A DNA stretch of 64,000 nt from Octopus vulgaris (lineage: Eukaryota). Every line of letters starts with the position of its first letter. Within the stretch, counting starts at the first letter, position 1. The stretch spans positions 48,484,001 to 48,548,000 of the forward strand of contig OX597819.1 in the NCBI GenBank assembly GCA_951406725.2, given 5' to 3'. Shown here piece by piece: positions 52,906-64,000 of this stretch. Under the pieces are notes generated by a model. The model did not search any database and was not told the DNA's origin. It saw only the letters and a list, made by a program, of their open reading frames with translations. Position numbers and translations under genes: made by a program.

Positions 52906-53174
52906 TTTTTGCTATATATAGTTATAATTTCACATATAATTTTATTTTATAATATTTAAGTCTATGAACCATATTTGGAATTTCACATATAATTTCGCAT
53001 ATAATTTCACATATAATTTGTGATGGTGGGTAGTTCCTGGTAATGAAATATTTTTAAGAATGCATCTTAAGAATGTAAAAATATAAAACAAAGCTATGCA
53101 TGACTATAGACCGACTTATGACCAAATCAATTTATGACCAGTCCGTTGGAACCAATTGTAGTCGTAAGTCAATG

Positions 53175-53620
53175 ATGACCTGCATTTGATGTATTCATCC
53201 TTGTTTAAGGTGGTAGGTTTTGATATGAGGGAAATTTGGCATATTACAACTTTAGCAATGCATTCCTTTTTAAACTCTGCATCAGTATATGACTTGGTCT
53301 CACCCCCACTTTTTTTTTCCCCTCCACACAATATGCTACTTTATAAACTCGTAGCATTTCCTGACTGAAATAATTGTCTTTGCTTTTGCATTTGATCTTC
53401 TAATTTCTTTTATACTTTCATCCAAGACTCATCCACTAATTAGGTGTATTTATTGCTCTTGCGAGTAGTACAGCATTAGTATGTATTGTTTTTCTTTATT
53501 GTCAAAAGTACAGAATCAGAGACCAAGCTAATCATTTTAACATTATCAAACACTACAAAGATATTAAAATTTCTGTTCAGCTTAAAGTCTTGATTTTCTT
53601 CTTTCCGCACTCTTTGCAAG
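53175..53620 (-). pseudogene. hAT (Buster/SPIN/Charlie-like) transposase N-terminal fragment
   Basis: KSYTDAEFKKECIAKVV...QISL resembles the KPFTDGEFIKECM...ISLS motif; upstream YKVAY; heavily frameshifted. Confidence 0.6.
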
Positions 53621-54044
53621 ATTTTTTTTTTTGACATGATAGGGAAACAAATGAAGAAATTAAGTTATTAACTAATGGTAACAATTCTACAAAATGATCG
53701 AAGTAATTTCAACCAGTGATAGACATACATGCATACATGTGAAATCTTGTTGAACTTAAATCACTGATTGGCATTTGCCAACAATTATTGTTCTCTAATA
53801 TATATATAGTAAACTGTATGTTTTATTATTTATTTTTATTTATTAGCCAGGGCTGGATTAAGCACTTAAAAATTTTGGTGCCCCATATATATGTAACTCA
53901 AAAATGTAGCTTGCTTACAAACCACATGGTTCCAGGTTCAGTCCCACTGTGTGACACCTTGGGGAAGTGTCTTCTACTATGGCCTCAGGCCGACCAAAGC
54001 CTTGTAAGTGGATTTGGTAGACAGAAACTGAAAAAAGCCCGTCG

Positions 54045-54115
<71 letters not shown>

Positions 54116-54467
54116 TTGTGTGTCTGTGTTGTCCCCCCACCATCGCTTGACAACTGATGCTGGTGTGTTTACGTCCCTGTAACTTATCGGTTCGGCAAAA
54201 AGTTTGATAGAATAAGTACTAGGTTTACAAAGAATAAGTTCTGGGGTCGATTTGTTTGACTAAAGGCAGTGCTTCAGCATGGCCACAGTCAAATGACTGA
54301 AATAAATAAAAGAAAAAAGAAAGAATAAAAGAATAAAAATGAAGCAAAACTAACAGAAAATAAAGCATTCTGAATATTATTTTAGCAAGTTTAAAGTAGT
54401 TTCTTTTGTGCCGTAAGCCATTTCCCATTTCTGTGGTGCTCCTCCCTGTTCTCATGATGCCCTAAAT

Positions 54468-54668
54468 TAGTGGTTTTCAACCAGGGTTCCGCCAGTACAG
54501 TTCAGGGGTTCCGCAAGAAGTTACAAAACTGCTAAAATTGGCAGTAATTTTTAATTCTCCTGTGCAGATATGTGTGCATAAGACTATTAAATTATTGCAC
54601 AGGGGTTCCTCGAGCCAGTGGAATGTTTCCTTGGGGTTCCGCTCCAGCAAAAATTTTGAAAAGCACTG
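54468..54668. mobile_element. hAT-type MITE
   Basis: TIR tagtggttttcaa / ttgaaaagcactg; 8-bp ccctaaat at 54460-54467 and 54670-54677; internal ggggttcc subterminal repeats. Confidence 0.8.
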
Positions 54669-55194
54669 CCCCTAAATACATGTTTATTTTGCTTAATGGT
54701 TAATCCAGTGCTGTTATTATCACAATTGCAGCTCAAGCAAAATATGTCAGAAGATTGCAGGTTTCCCAACTCTTGAAGGTTGTGCCCTGGCATGGCCACA
54801 GTCCAATGGCTGACACCACTGAATCCAGTACAAGAATAAAAAAAATAAACAAACTGCAAAATTCTCAGAATTCTAATTCAAGAAACCAAAGACTTTTAAG
54901 GATTATTGCAAATATGACTGAACACCAGATGTTAATGATATTTCTAATACTTCCAACATCACAAAGAGCCAGGATCACTCACTGTGCTAGGAATAGCAAC
55001 CAAATTTCCTCAGATAACACCTTACAATTTGAAAAAAAAAGGACAAAGGATTCCTGTACATAGGAACATGACTAGATGGCTTTTAATCATAAGTTTGCCT
55101 GAGCAAGGTTAACCTAGGGTTAAACAACACTGATGAAAGACAACTGACAATATTACTCCTCCACTTTCATTGTCACCCTCTCCACTACTGTCAA

Positions 55195-55760
55195 TGTCAT
55201 CCCCCCTTCCTCCTCCTCCTCCTCCTCCTCCTTGTCATCTTCATTGATATTATTTTGTTGGTAATTTTCATGTAATCATGATTACAATCCTCATGAATTG
55301 TCACTATCATTTCCATTATTCTCATTATCGTTGTCGTCGTCGTCATCATCATCATCATCGTCATCAGCATCATTGCCATCGTTGTCATCCTCCTCCTCTT
55401 CCTTCTCCTCATCATCATTGTCATCGTTGTCATTATTGTCATCCTCCTCCTCATCATCATAGTCATCATCATTGTCATCATCATTGTCATCATCACCACC
55501 ATCATCATCATCGTCATCATCATCATCGTTGTCATCATCGTCATCCTCCTCCTCCTCCTCCTCCTCCTCCTCCTCATTGTCATCATCATTATCATCATCA
55601 CCATAGTCATCATCATTGTCATAGCTGTCGTCATTGTCATTGCCGTCGTCGTCGTTGTCATCACTTGTATTTTCATTATCATCATTACCTTATCAAATGA
55701 TGACAATTATGACGATGTCAGTGCTGACAACGATGATATTGATGATGATGACAATGACCT
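55195..55760. repeat. Cryptic trinucleotide repeat (CAT/CCT/CGT/TGT)
   Basis: Directly visible; it produces the spurious poly-His and poly-Met ORFs. Confidence 0.9.
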
Positions 55761-55977
55761 GTAAATTTCATCATTATTTTCTCATTAACGAAGATCATGA
55801 ATATATTCTTCAGGATTTTCCTCTTTTCTCTCCTCCTCCTTCTCCACCTCCTTGCTGTCATGATTCTCTACCTGGTTGTTTAACCTGTTAGAAATAGCAG
55901 CTAAATTTCCCCTCACATCATAACTTCCTATCTTCTTCAGAAATTGTATTATTATAATTATTATTATTATTATTATT

Positions 55978-56314
55978 GAGACCCCCTTCGGTCATGACTA
56001 ATCGTGGGATTGCACCTAGAAAGTTACCCTTCCAGGTACAAGTCCAGGCAAGGTTGTTTGTATGGAAGAACAGTAGTCACCCAAGCATACCGGCCTCCCC
56101 TCTCCACGCCACCAGTGTTATCCAAGGGAAAGGCAACAGCAGATACAGCTTGGCACCTGTGACGTCACAACTCATGTCTACCGCTGAGTGAACTGGAGCA
56201 ACGTGAAATAAAGTGTCTTGCTCAAGAACACAATATGCAGCCTGGTCCAGGATTCGAACTCACAACCTCACGATCGTAAGCTTGACGCTCTAACCACTGA
56301 GCCATGCACCTTCA
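55978..56314 (-). mobile_element. tRNA-derived SINE with (TAA)n tail, flanked by (ATT)n
   Basis: Minus strand tggctcagtgg (A box), gagttcgaatcc (B box), cttgagcaagacacttt; head shared with 42433-42693, different body. Confidence 0.9.
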
Positions 56315-56342
56315 TATTATTATTATTATTATTATTATTATT

Positions 56343-56788
56343 AGCCCACTTATGCATACCTTTCCTTCTTGTGACACAAATCCTACTTGTGAAGACCTGT
56401 TGAGGCAAGTGAAAATCAAAATCGAAATCTTTAAACATCAATGGAAATTGTAGCTGAGATACCAGTGCCGGTGGCACGTAAGAGAACCATCCGAACGTGG
56501 CCATTGCCAGCGCCGCCCTGACTGGCCTCCGTGCTAGTAGCACGGAAAAAGCACCATCCGATTGTGGCCGTTGCCAGCCTCGCCTGGCACCTGTGCAGGT
56601 GGCACATAAAAAGCACCCACTACACTCTCGGAGTGGTTGGCGTTAGGAAGGGCATCCAGCTGTAGAAACACTGCCAGATCAGACTGGGCCTGGCGCAGCC
56701 TTCTGGCTTCCCAGACCCCAGCTGAACCGTCCAACCCATGCTAGCATGGAAAGCGGACGCTAAACGATGATGATGATGATGATGATGA
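56343..56788 (+). mobile_element. RTE 3' UTR-only copy
   Basis: acttgtgaagacctgttgaggcaagtg...ggcgttaggaagggcatccagc...(GAT)n. Another copy lies at 59060-59383. Confidence 0.9.
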
Positions 56789-56919
56789 TTATTATCATTA
56801 TTTTACTTCTCCGAAAAAGAACAAGGAATGTCATGACTGGAATGCTTTTGATCATAGGTCTCCTTAATTGGAGTTGGGGGAGAGTCAACCTGGGGTTAAA
56901 CAGCCACACTTACTCTTTC

Positions 56920-57179
56920 ATGATGATGATGATCATCATCATTACAACTACTGCTACAACTGCTGCTGCCACTACCACTGCAACCACCATCATCATCATC
57001 ATTATCATTGTTATTCACATTCTCATTTTCATTGTCATGGGCTTCTCTCTATTTCCTCTACCTTTTCCCCTTTTCTTCTGCCTGTCCCTCCTCTTTCAGC
57101 CCTTCATCCTATTATTTGTCATCATTACTACTACTACTACCATCATCATCATCATCTTCATCCCATATATGATGTAGCA

Positions 57180-57235
<56 letters not shown>

Positions 57236-57238
57236 ATT

Positions 57239-57272
<34 letters not shown>

Positions 57273-57292
57273 TCCTCCTCCTCCTCCTCCTC

Positions 57293-57325
<33 letters not shown>

Positions 57326-57326
57326 T

Positions 57327-57393
<67 letters not shown>

Positions 57394-57698
57394 GCCACTA
57401 CTGCTAGCTACTACGTAGTTGGTGACATTTCGTTGATGTTAATGATGTCCACAGTTGAGAAGCAGCAGTATTTGAAATCTGAGAAGTCGGTTAACATCAC
57501 AGATGACAGGGGGAAATACTAGAATGGTTTGGTTCTGCATGTGTATGTGTGTTTGTGAGTGTGTGTGTGTGTGTGTGTGCATGTGTGCATGTGTGTGTGT
57601 GCGTGTTGTTGTTGTTAGCAGAGAGACTCAGAGAGAATAGTGTTAAGTGGAATTGGTTGGAAAATGATTTTCTGCCTTTCTTTTTGTTGTTGCTGTTG

Positions 57699-57730
<32 letters not shown>

Positions 57731-57945
57731 GTTCTTGTTGTTGGTAGTAGTGTTGCTCTTGGTGATGATAGTGTTATTGTTGTTGGTGGTGGTGGTGCTG
57801 TTGTTTGTTTTATTGTCGGTCGTGTTGGTATTGGTGGTGTTGCTGATATTAGTACTGCTTTTGGTAGTAGTGGTAGTATTGATAGTTGTGTTGTTGTTGT
57901 TGTTGTTGTTGGTATTGTTGTTGCTTGTGGTGGCAATGTTGTCTT
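56920..57945. repeat. Compound trinucleotide microsatellites (CAT, CTA, CTG, CCT, TTG, GGT)
   Basis: Directly visible. Confidence 0.95.
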
Positions 57946-57959
57946 AAAGTATGAGCACA

Positions 57960-58710
57960 TTGGGCAGTTGCCTGGATTTTCATGGGTCTCGTGGACTCAA
58001 TTTTAATTAATTTGCCTGGGGTCCTCATAGGTGTAAGGGCCCAATTCTAGCCTATGTATGCTATGGCTTGCTGATAATAAATAAATATTATAGGGTCCAG
58101 TGCACTGATTTGTCAAAGGTCACCTTGGGCTTAGGGACCCAATTCTACTCTATGCCTGCTGTGGCTTACTGGCAGTAAATAACACTATAGGGTCCTGTAC
58201 ACTGATTTGCCCAGGGTCCTCACAAGTCTAGGGATCCAATTCTCAATTCTGATCTATGTATGCTATGACTTAGTGGCATTAAATACTATAGGGTCCAGTG
58301 GACTGATTTACTTGGGGTCCTCATAGATGTAAGGGCCCAATTCTAGCCTATGTATGCTGTGGCTTGCTGGCAATAAAGACTATAGGGTCCCATGCACTGA
58401 TTTGCCCAGGGTCCTCATGAGTGTAGGGGCCCAATTCAAGCCTATGTAAGCTGTGACTTGCTGGCAATAAATAATACTATAGGGCCCTGTACACTGATTT
58501 TCCTAGGGTCCTCACAAGTCTAGGGATCCAATTCTCAATTCTGGTCTATGTATGCTGTGGCTTAGCGGCATAAAATACTATAGGGGCCACTGATTTGCTT
58601 AGGGTCCTCATGGATCGAGGGTTCCAATTCTTGCCTATGTGTGCTGTGGCTTGCTGACAATAAATAAATACTGTAGGGCCCAATGCACTGATTTGCCTGG
58701 GGGCCTTTAA
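57960..58710. repeat. Minisatellite, about 97-bp unit x7 plus partial units
   Basis: tgatttgcccagggtcctca...ccaattc...tatgtatgctgtggcttgctggcaataaatactatagggtcc...cac at about 58008, 58106, 58203, 58303, 58397, 58494, 58591 and 58689. Confidence 0.95.
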
Positions 58711-59472
58711 TGTTGCTAAAATTGCTCTGGGTGGTGGTAGTATTGGTTTCTGTGCAGTTGTTAATATTGTCGGTGTTGTATTAATTGCTGTATTGTTATT
58801 GTTTATAAATGACCTATGTTTAAGGTATTCCATCCAAATTTTCTATATATATCCAAGTCTGCATTTTCTCACGATTCCTTTGTTTTTTCTAAGACTCTAG
58901 GGTGTGGTGTATGCGAGAGATTCGAAATAAAGGCACCTACCTTCTCTTTGCTCAGATGGAGACCCTTCAGTGGTAACAGATCCTTCAACACAGCCCAACC
59001 CAAACGCTAGAGATAGCAGCTGCTTCACCCAACCTTAACAACGTGATGACCGTCTTAACCCCTCGACGTGAAAAGCAACATTTGAGTGGGGTTGTTGCCA
59101 GTGCCACTGGACTGGCTCCTGTGCAGGTGGCACATAAAAAACACCATTTGAGTGTGGCCATTGCCAGTACTGCCTGACTGGCCCTTGTGCCGGTGGCACG
59201 TAAAAGCAATCCACTACACTCTCAGAGTGGTTGGCATTAGGAAGGGCATCCAGCTGTAGAAACTCTGCCAGATCAGATTGGAGCCTGGTGCAGCCTTCTG
59301 GCTTCTCAGACCCCAGTTGAACCGTCTGACCTATGCCAGCATGGAAAGCGGACGTTAAACGATGATGATGATGATGATGATGATATATATATGTATATAT
59401 ATATATATATATATATTGTGTTTATGAATTTGTGTTGTAAGATTCCTGATGTGAAATCGTGTGTTGAAACAG

Positions 59473-59764
59473 ATATTGCTATATTTCAGGATGGTCATTT
59501 ATTTTCTTTTTCGCCAAATAAACATGTGCACTATATATTTATTCTTCACTCATTTATTATTGTTCACAGAATGGACTAGACAGTGCAGGGAAATACACAT
59601 GGATTCAAAGGGTCGCTGAAGCGGTCACAGATGTGTGATGAAAGGTTTCCAGACAATGGACATAAGATAAAATAAGAACAATAATACAAGAGTGAAGAAT
59701 GAATATATAGTACATATGTTTATTTGGTGTAAAAAAATATGACCATCTTGAAATATAACAATAT
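59473..59764. repeat. Inverted repeat (about 90-bp arms) around a degenerate hammerhead-like motif, between (TA)n tracts
   Basis: 59473-59565 pairs with 59676-59764; the spacer has CTGAAGC-g-gtcaca-gatg-tgtgat-GAAA-ggtt-TC (59616-59649). Confidence 0.7.
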
Positions 59765-60639
59765 ATATATATATAGTCTCATATATATGGATATACATAT
59801 ATATATGCATATATATGTACATATATAAACTTATATACATACACATCTATATGCATACACACATGGATGATACAGACCTACCTACATGTGTGCATACATA
59901 CATACATACATATATACATACATTCACACATGCATATGATGTTCAGCTTTTCAAAAAAGAGAAAGAGAATTCTGTCATTCACTGCTCCCCCCCACCCCAC
60001 CTTGTTTTCTTTATTGAGAACACAAAACCATTGATTGGATTTGAACCATATATCTATTGATTACGGGGTTACTAGTATTACTGATTACACTCTACTGAAT
60101 TTATGATAGAGCTAATAATAAAAATCATATCAATATTAAAATTTCAATGACCACATCAGTAAGATTTGCAGCTGAATTATTTCAAAGATTTGTAGATTCT
60201 TGTCTCCATCTCGTTTTGAAATTCCTTTAGACTATATCATCTTATCTGTGTAATTGTTTGTCTGTCATCAATCAGTAGATCAAACATTGATAAATTACAA
60301 TGTTCTAGAACACTGCAATCTGTTTCAATTCAGAAGTGAAAGTGTGAAAGATTGCTATGCAAATCTTCACTGGCTCAATATTGATCAAAAGGGGATAACA
60401 TTGAAAATTCTATAAATGGTTACAAATAAAAGAAAAGTGAAGAAAGCCATTAAACAAGGCAGAATTTAGGAGAAAAGAAGTTTATTCGATATTTTGGCTT
60501 TGACAAGCCCTACTTGTGAATTTAAACATTCAAAATAAAATGTTAATGGTAAACAACACTGAAGCTATCATAGCTCACACAAAACTGCATAAGGCGTAGC
60601 AAGGAGAAGAATGAAGTGTGGAAAGCAAATGAAACAATA

Positions 60640-61020
60640 AAATTCTTGCAGACAAGGAACTTCTAACAATTGGTAATTTGTGGTTGTGAGTATCTAATCA
60701 GTATAGTTTCTTGAATATGCAAGTTCCCGAAGGCTTTTAACAGACAAGTCTTTCATTTTCATGTGCTCTTTAATGTGCATTTGCAATGGTAGAGTCTGCC
60801 TATAACAAATTTGTTGTTACAATTCATGCCTTTGATGGAATATTCTGCTCTCAACTGGTATTCTTTAATGCTGATATTTCCTTTTGAATATTTCAGTTCC
60901 CAATTAGGCCTTGTTAAAGCTGAAATATTGAATCAAGTAATTTTTCTGTATATCCAGCATTGTTAAATGACTCTTGTCACTTTCCTACTGTTAAACTTGT
61001 ATGGCAATTTATCACATAAA
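60640..61020 (-). pseudogene. Decayed Penelope-type GIY-YIG endonuclease fragment
   Basis: Minus strand LPYKFNSRKVTRVI, then AEYSIKGMNCNNKFVIG / QTLPLQMHIKEH (one frameshift), then ILTTTNYQLLE; resembles the Penelope pattern VYxIxCxxCxxxYIGQTxRxLxxRIKEH. Confidence 0.45.
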
Positions 61021-61541
61021 CTAGTAAGTTAGTATTAACTTTTGTAGAAAATATAAAGTCATCTGATGTAGAAATGGGTAAATATACAGAATAAATTATT
61101 TAGAATTGTTTTATTCTATAGAAAATATAGGCATGGGAATATACTTGTTACTAGTAATTGATTGTGATGTGCCTGAGTGACATAACGTAGGCAGAAAAGG
61201 ACTTTATTTTAATGTCAAACCATGTTCAAGAAACAATAGTGAAATGTTCTCTTGAACAGGAGACTATAGTATTCCACATTTAGGAGTACTTGTATAAATT
61301 ATCTCCATAACCTATTATTTTAAGTCTCATACTTATTCTATCAATCTCTTTTGTTGAACTGCTAAATTAAAGCGACATAAGCAGACCAATGTTGGCTGTC
61401 AAGTGGTGATAGGGGACAAACACAAACACAAAAACACATATTCCTTCATATCTACATACATACATGCATTTATGCTACATACATATACATCCATATGTAC
61501 ATATGTATGTATGTATGTATGTATGTGTGAAAAAATATATT

Positions 61542-61585
<44 letters not shown>

Positions 61586-61651
61586 ACCGCATGTGTATTG
61601 TTGGCGATTTTTTTCGTCTGTCTTCCCTTCCTTGGATCTTTCCTTTTGTTA

Positions 61652-61688
61652 TGTTTCTGACAAAGAGCTCTGCTTGAAACGTTAAATC
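61652..61688 (+). ncRNA. Minimal hammerhead motif, CpG-decayed
   Basis: tgttt-CTGACAA-a-gagc-tct-gctt-GAAA-CGT-TA; palindrome AACGTT at stem III. Confidence 0.6.
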
Positions 61689-61806
61689 CTCCTTCTTTCT
61701 TTCCTTTCCTGAGGATCCGATAACACTATACTTGTTCCACGTCCTCGCGTTGTTGTGTTTTCTCTTTGTGTTTTCATGTTTGGATTAACTATATATATAT
61801 ATATAT

Positions 61807-62313
61807 AAAATAAATATAAGAGAGTGGTCACTATATGGCTCACTCTAGCACCAGTTAATCCAAAAGGTTTCAACCACGTAATCAATTGAACCACACGTGT
61901 ATTTATCGTTATGGTAAAGTCTGGCGTGTGATTGAGTGGATTTCATCCAGATAGTTTTGGCTGAGGAGCTACAAGTGGATTTTTTTGTAAGTAATATTAC
62001 ATTTAATTCATTAATAGCGAAACAATTGTCCCAAAATAATCTGTATTTTTGTTATTTTTTATTTGCCCTGTCCGTGTGAGCTAACAATCGTACTGACTTT
62101 CATGGGAAACATGTATTTTTGTGGTTGAAACCTTTTGGATTAACTGGTGCTAGAGTGAGCCATATAGTGACCACTCTCTTATATTTATTTTGTAAAAATA
62201 TTATAATATATTATAAAATATTATAATAATCCAGGTTTCTCGGAGCACTAGGCCACTTGGTGTTGAATAGATATACTATTAAATTAGTATCTAATTCTCT
62301 CACCCTTATTAAT

Positions 62314-62318
<5 letters not shown>
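61807..62318 (+). mobile_element. Young element of about 510 bp with a perfect 71-bp inverted duplication and an intact hammerhead, inserted in (TA)n
   Basis: 61807-61877 is the exact reverse complement of 62121-62191; (TA)n on both sides; the 3' end gccact...cccttatta resembles 48892-48940 and 49422-49470. Confidence 0.8.
61955..62036 (+). ncRNA. Canonical type I hammerhead ribozyme; predicted cleavage after C62030
   Basis: TTTTGG-CTGAGGA-GCTA-(43 nt)-TAGC-GAAA-C-AATT-GTC-CCAAAA: all conserved core bases, 6-bp stem I, 4-bp stem II with a G-C base pair, palindromic stem III ACAATTGT. Confidence 0.88.
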
Positions 62319-62384
<66 letters not shown>

Positions 62385-62482
62385 GTTAATCCAAGCATGA
62401 AAACACAAAGGGAAAACAACAACATGAGGATGTGGAACAAGTATAGTATTATTGGACGCTCAGGAAAGACAGAAAGAAGGAG

Positions 62483-62516
<34 letters not shown>

Positions 62517-62517
<1 letters not shown>

Positions 62518-63844
62518 AACTACAGAAGAAATGCTATATATATATATATATCACTAATACAAGTAAGAATTTGTATATCAAATAATTCAGAGACACCAGC
62601 CGCATGGAAAACAATAGCTATGTTATTGTTAACATATTTAATGCATGGAACATTAAAAACCAACTATAGATAAATATACATTGAGAACGAGCTTCCACAC
62701 AGTTTCCACCTAGAAAATCCATTTACAAAACATTGATTGCCCAAGGTGTCTCACAGTGGGACTGAACCTAAAGCCATTGGGTTGTAAAGTGAGTTTTGCT
62801 AACCACACAGTTATGCCTAACTTTTTTCATAACAATATATAATTCATGGAACACTAGAAAAACGAATTAGAAATAAATGTGCATAGATGAGAAAAAAATG
62901 ACGTTATTTAATGATTAATATCATTTATTTATTTTTAGGCCAGTATGAGAAACAACCAGACTTATTTTGTATTTTTTTCTGACTTCCTCAGTCACACATA
63001 CACAGTTGGCATCTTTATTGTTTTTTTTTTCATCTCCTAAGAATTTTACTTCCCTATTCCAATAAATATGCAATTTCTATATTTAGTTAAAGATTTGTTC
63101 ATTTCTGCTTCAGCAATACTGAAGAGGTTAGGAAAAGAAGGAAACATGTTTGAACTTATTTCCCCTACTACTCGTACTGAAAATAAATATAAAATAAAGA
63201 TTAGTTACAAACTAATAAAAAAATTTTTAATTGTCATCCTCATCAGTTTAAAGTCCACTTTACGTGAGGTAGACAGAGTTCATTGAGGAAGATTATCTAC
63301 AGCTGGATGTTCTTCATATTCCCATCACGCACCTGTTTCCAAACAAAGATATTATTTCCCCATACCTGAACATGTTTTTCATGGAAGACTGGCAATCAAT
63401 GACACTGCTTGTATGACAGTGACACTTGCTTAGAACTATCATGTGATGTTAAGAACACACACACATGCATATAAATACATATTTGACAAATTTCTTTCAA
63501 TTTCTGCCTACCAAATCCACTCACAAGGCTTTCGCCTACTCAGTGCTACAGCTAAAGACACTTGCCCAAGGTGCCATACTTTGGGATTGAACTTGAAGCC
63601 AATTGGTTGGAAGTATGTCTCTTAACCACATAGACATGCATGTGCCCATCATAGACATGGTTGTGCCTTTTCATTCTCAATGTATATTTATCTATAGTTG
63701 GTTTTTAATGCTCCATGCATTGAATATGTTAACAATAACTTAGCTATTGTTTTCCATGCGGCTGGTGTCTCTGAATTATTTGATATACAAATTCTTACTT
63801 GTATTAGTGATATATATATATATATAGCATTTCTTCTGTAGTTA
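62517..63844. repeat. Near-perfect inverted repeat with about 170-bp arms and a spacer of about 1 kb
   Basis: 62517-62687 versus 63674-63844; three mismatches found by eye. Confidence 0.95.
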
Positions 63845-64000
63845 TTTCTAATCTTGTTCTTATTAAAAGTTTGCCAATAATTATCCTAGAAACATTATTT
63901 TTGAATTGCAGAGTTGGGCCATAGTTTATTTCTTTCTAAGCCACAAAGTATATATTCTGTGATCTTTATGCCATTACACTAAGAGTGAATCACACCATTC

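Noticed and set aside
55197-55706. His/Cys-rich and Met/Thr-rich ORFs resembling metal-binding proteins
   Set aside because: They are translations of a cryptic trinucleotide microsatellite, open on both strands, with no splice or domain evidence.

Overview
AT-rich, microsatellite-dense eukaryotic DNA with no recognisable intact host protein-coding gene. The SINE families and repeat landscape look like an octopus (coleoid cephalopod) genome; this is an inference from recalled repeat families, not a database match. Nearly all ORFs in the supplied track are microsatellite or TE artefacts. The real coding remnants are all transposon-derived: two 5'-truncated copies of a young RTE LINE whose ORF carries a PHD-type zinc finger, a second RTE (BovB-like), an R4/Dong-clade RLE LINE, a CR1 LINE, an internally deleted Helitron with both termini and a PIF1 helicase, a hAT transposase fragment and a decayed Penelope-type GIY-YIG fragment. 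There are many tRNA-derived SINEs and some MITEs. The most interesting signal is invisible in the ORF track: eight minimal type I hammerhead ribozyme motifs (one fully canonical at 61955-62036, the rest with point mutations). Most lie in short non-coding elements with direct or inverted end duplications next to (TA)n tracts, the architecture of Penelope pseudo-LTRs or retrozymes. Also notable are a CpG-retaining domain at about 7.7-17.5 kb containing three octamer motifs spaced exactly 40 bp apart, a TAA-tailed element clustered around the Dong LINE, and several long inverted repeats. Coordinates were read by eye and may be off by a few bases.
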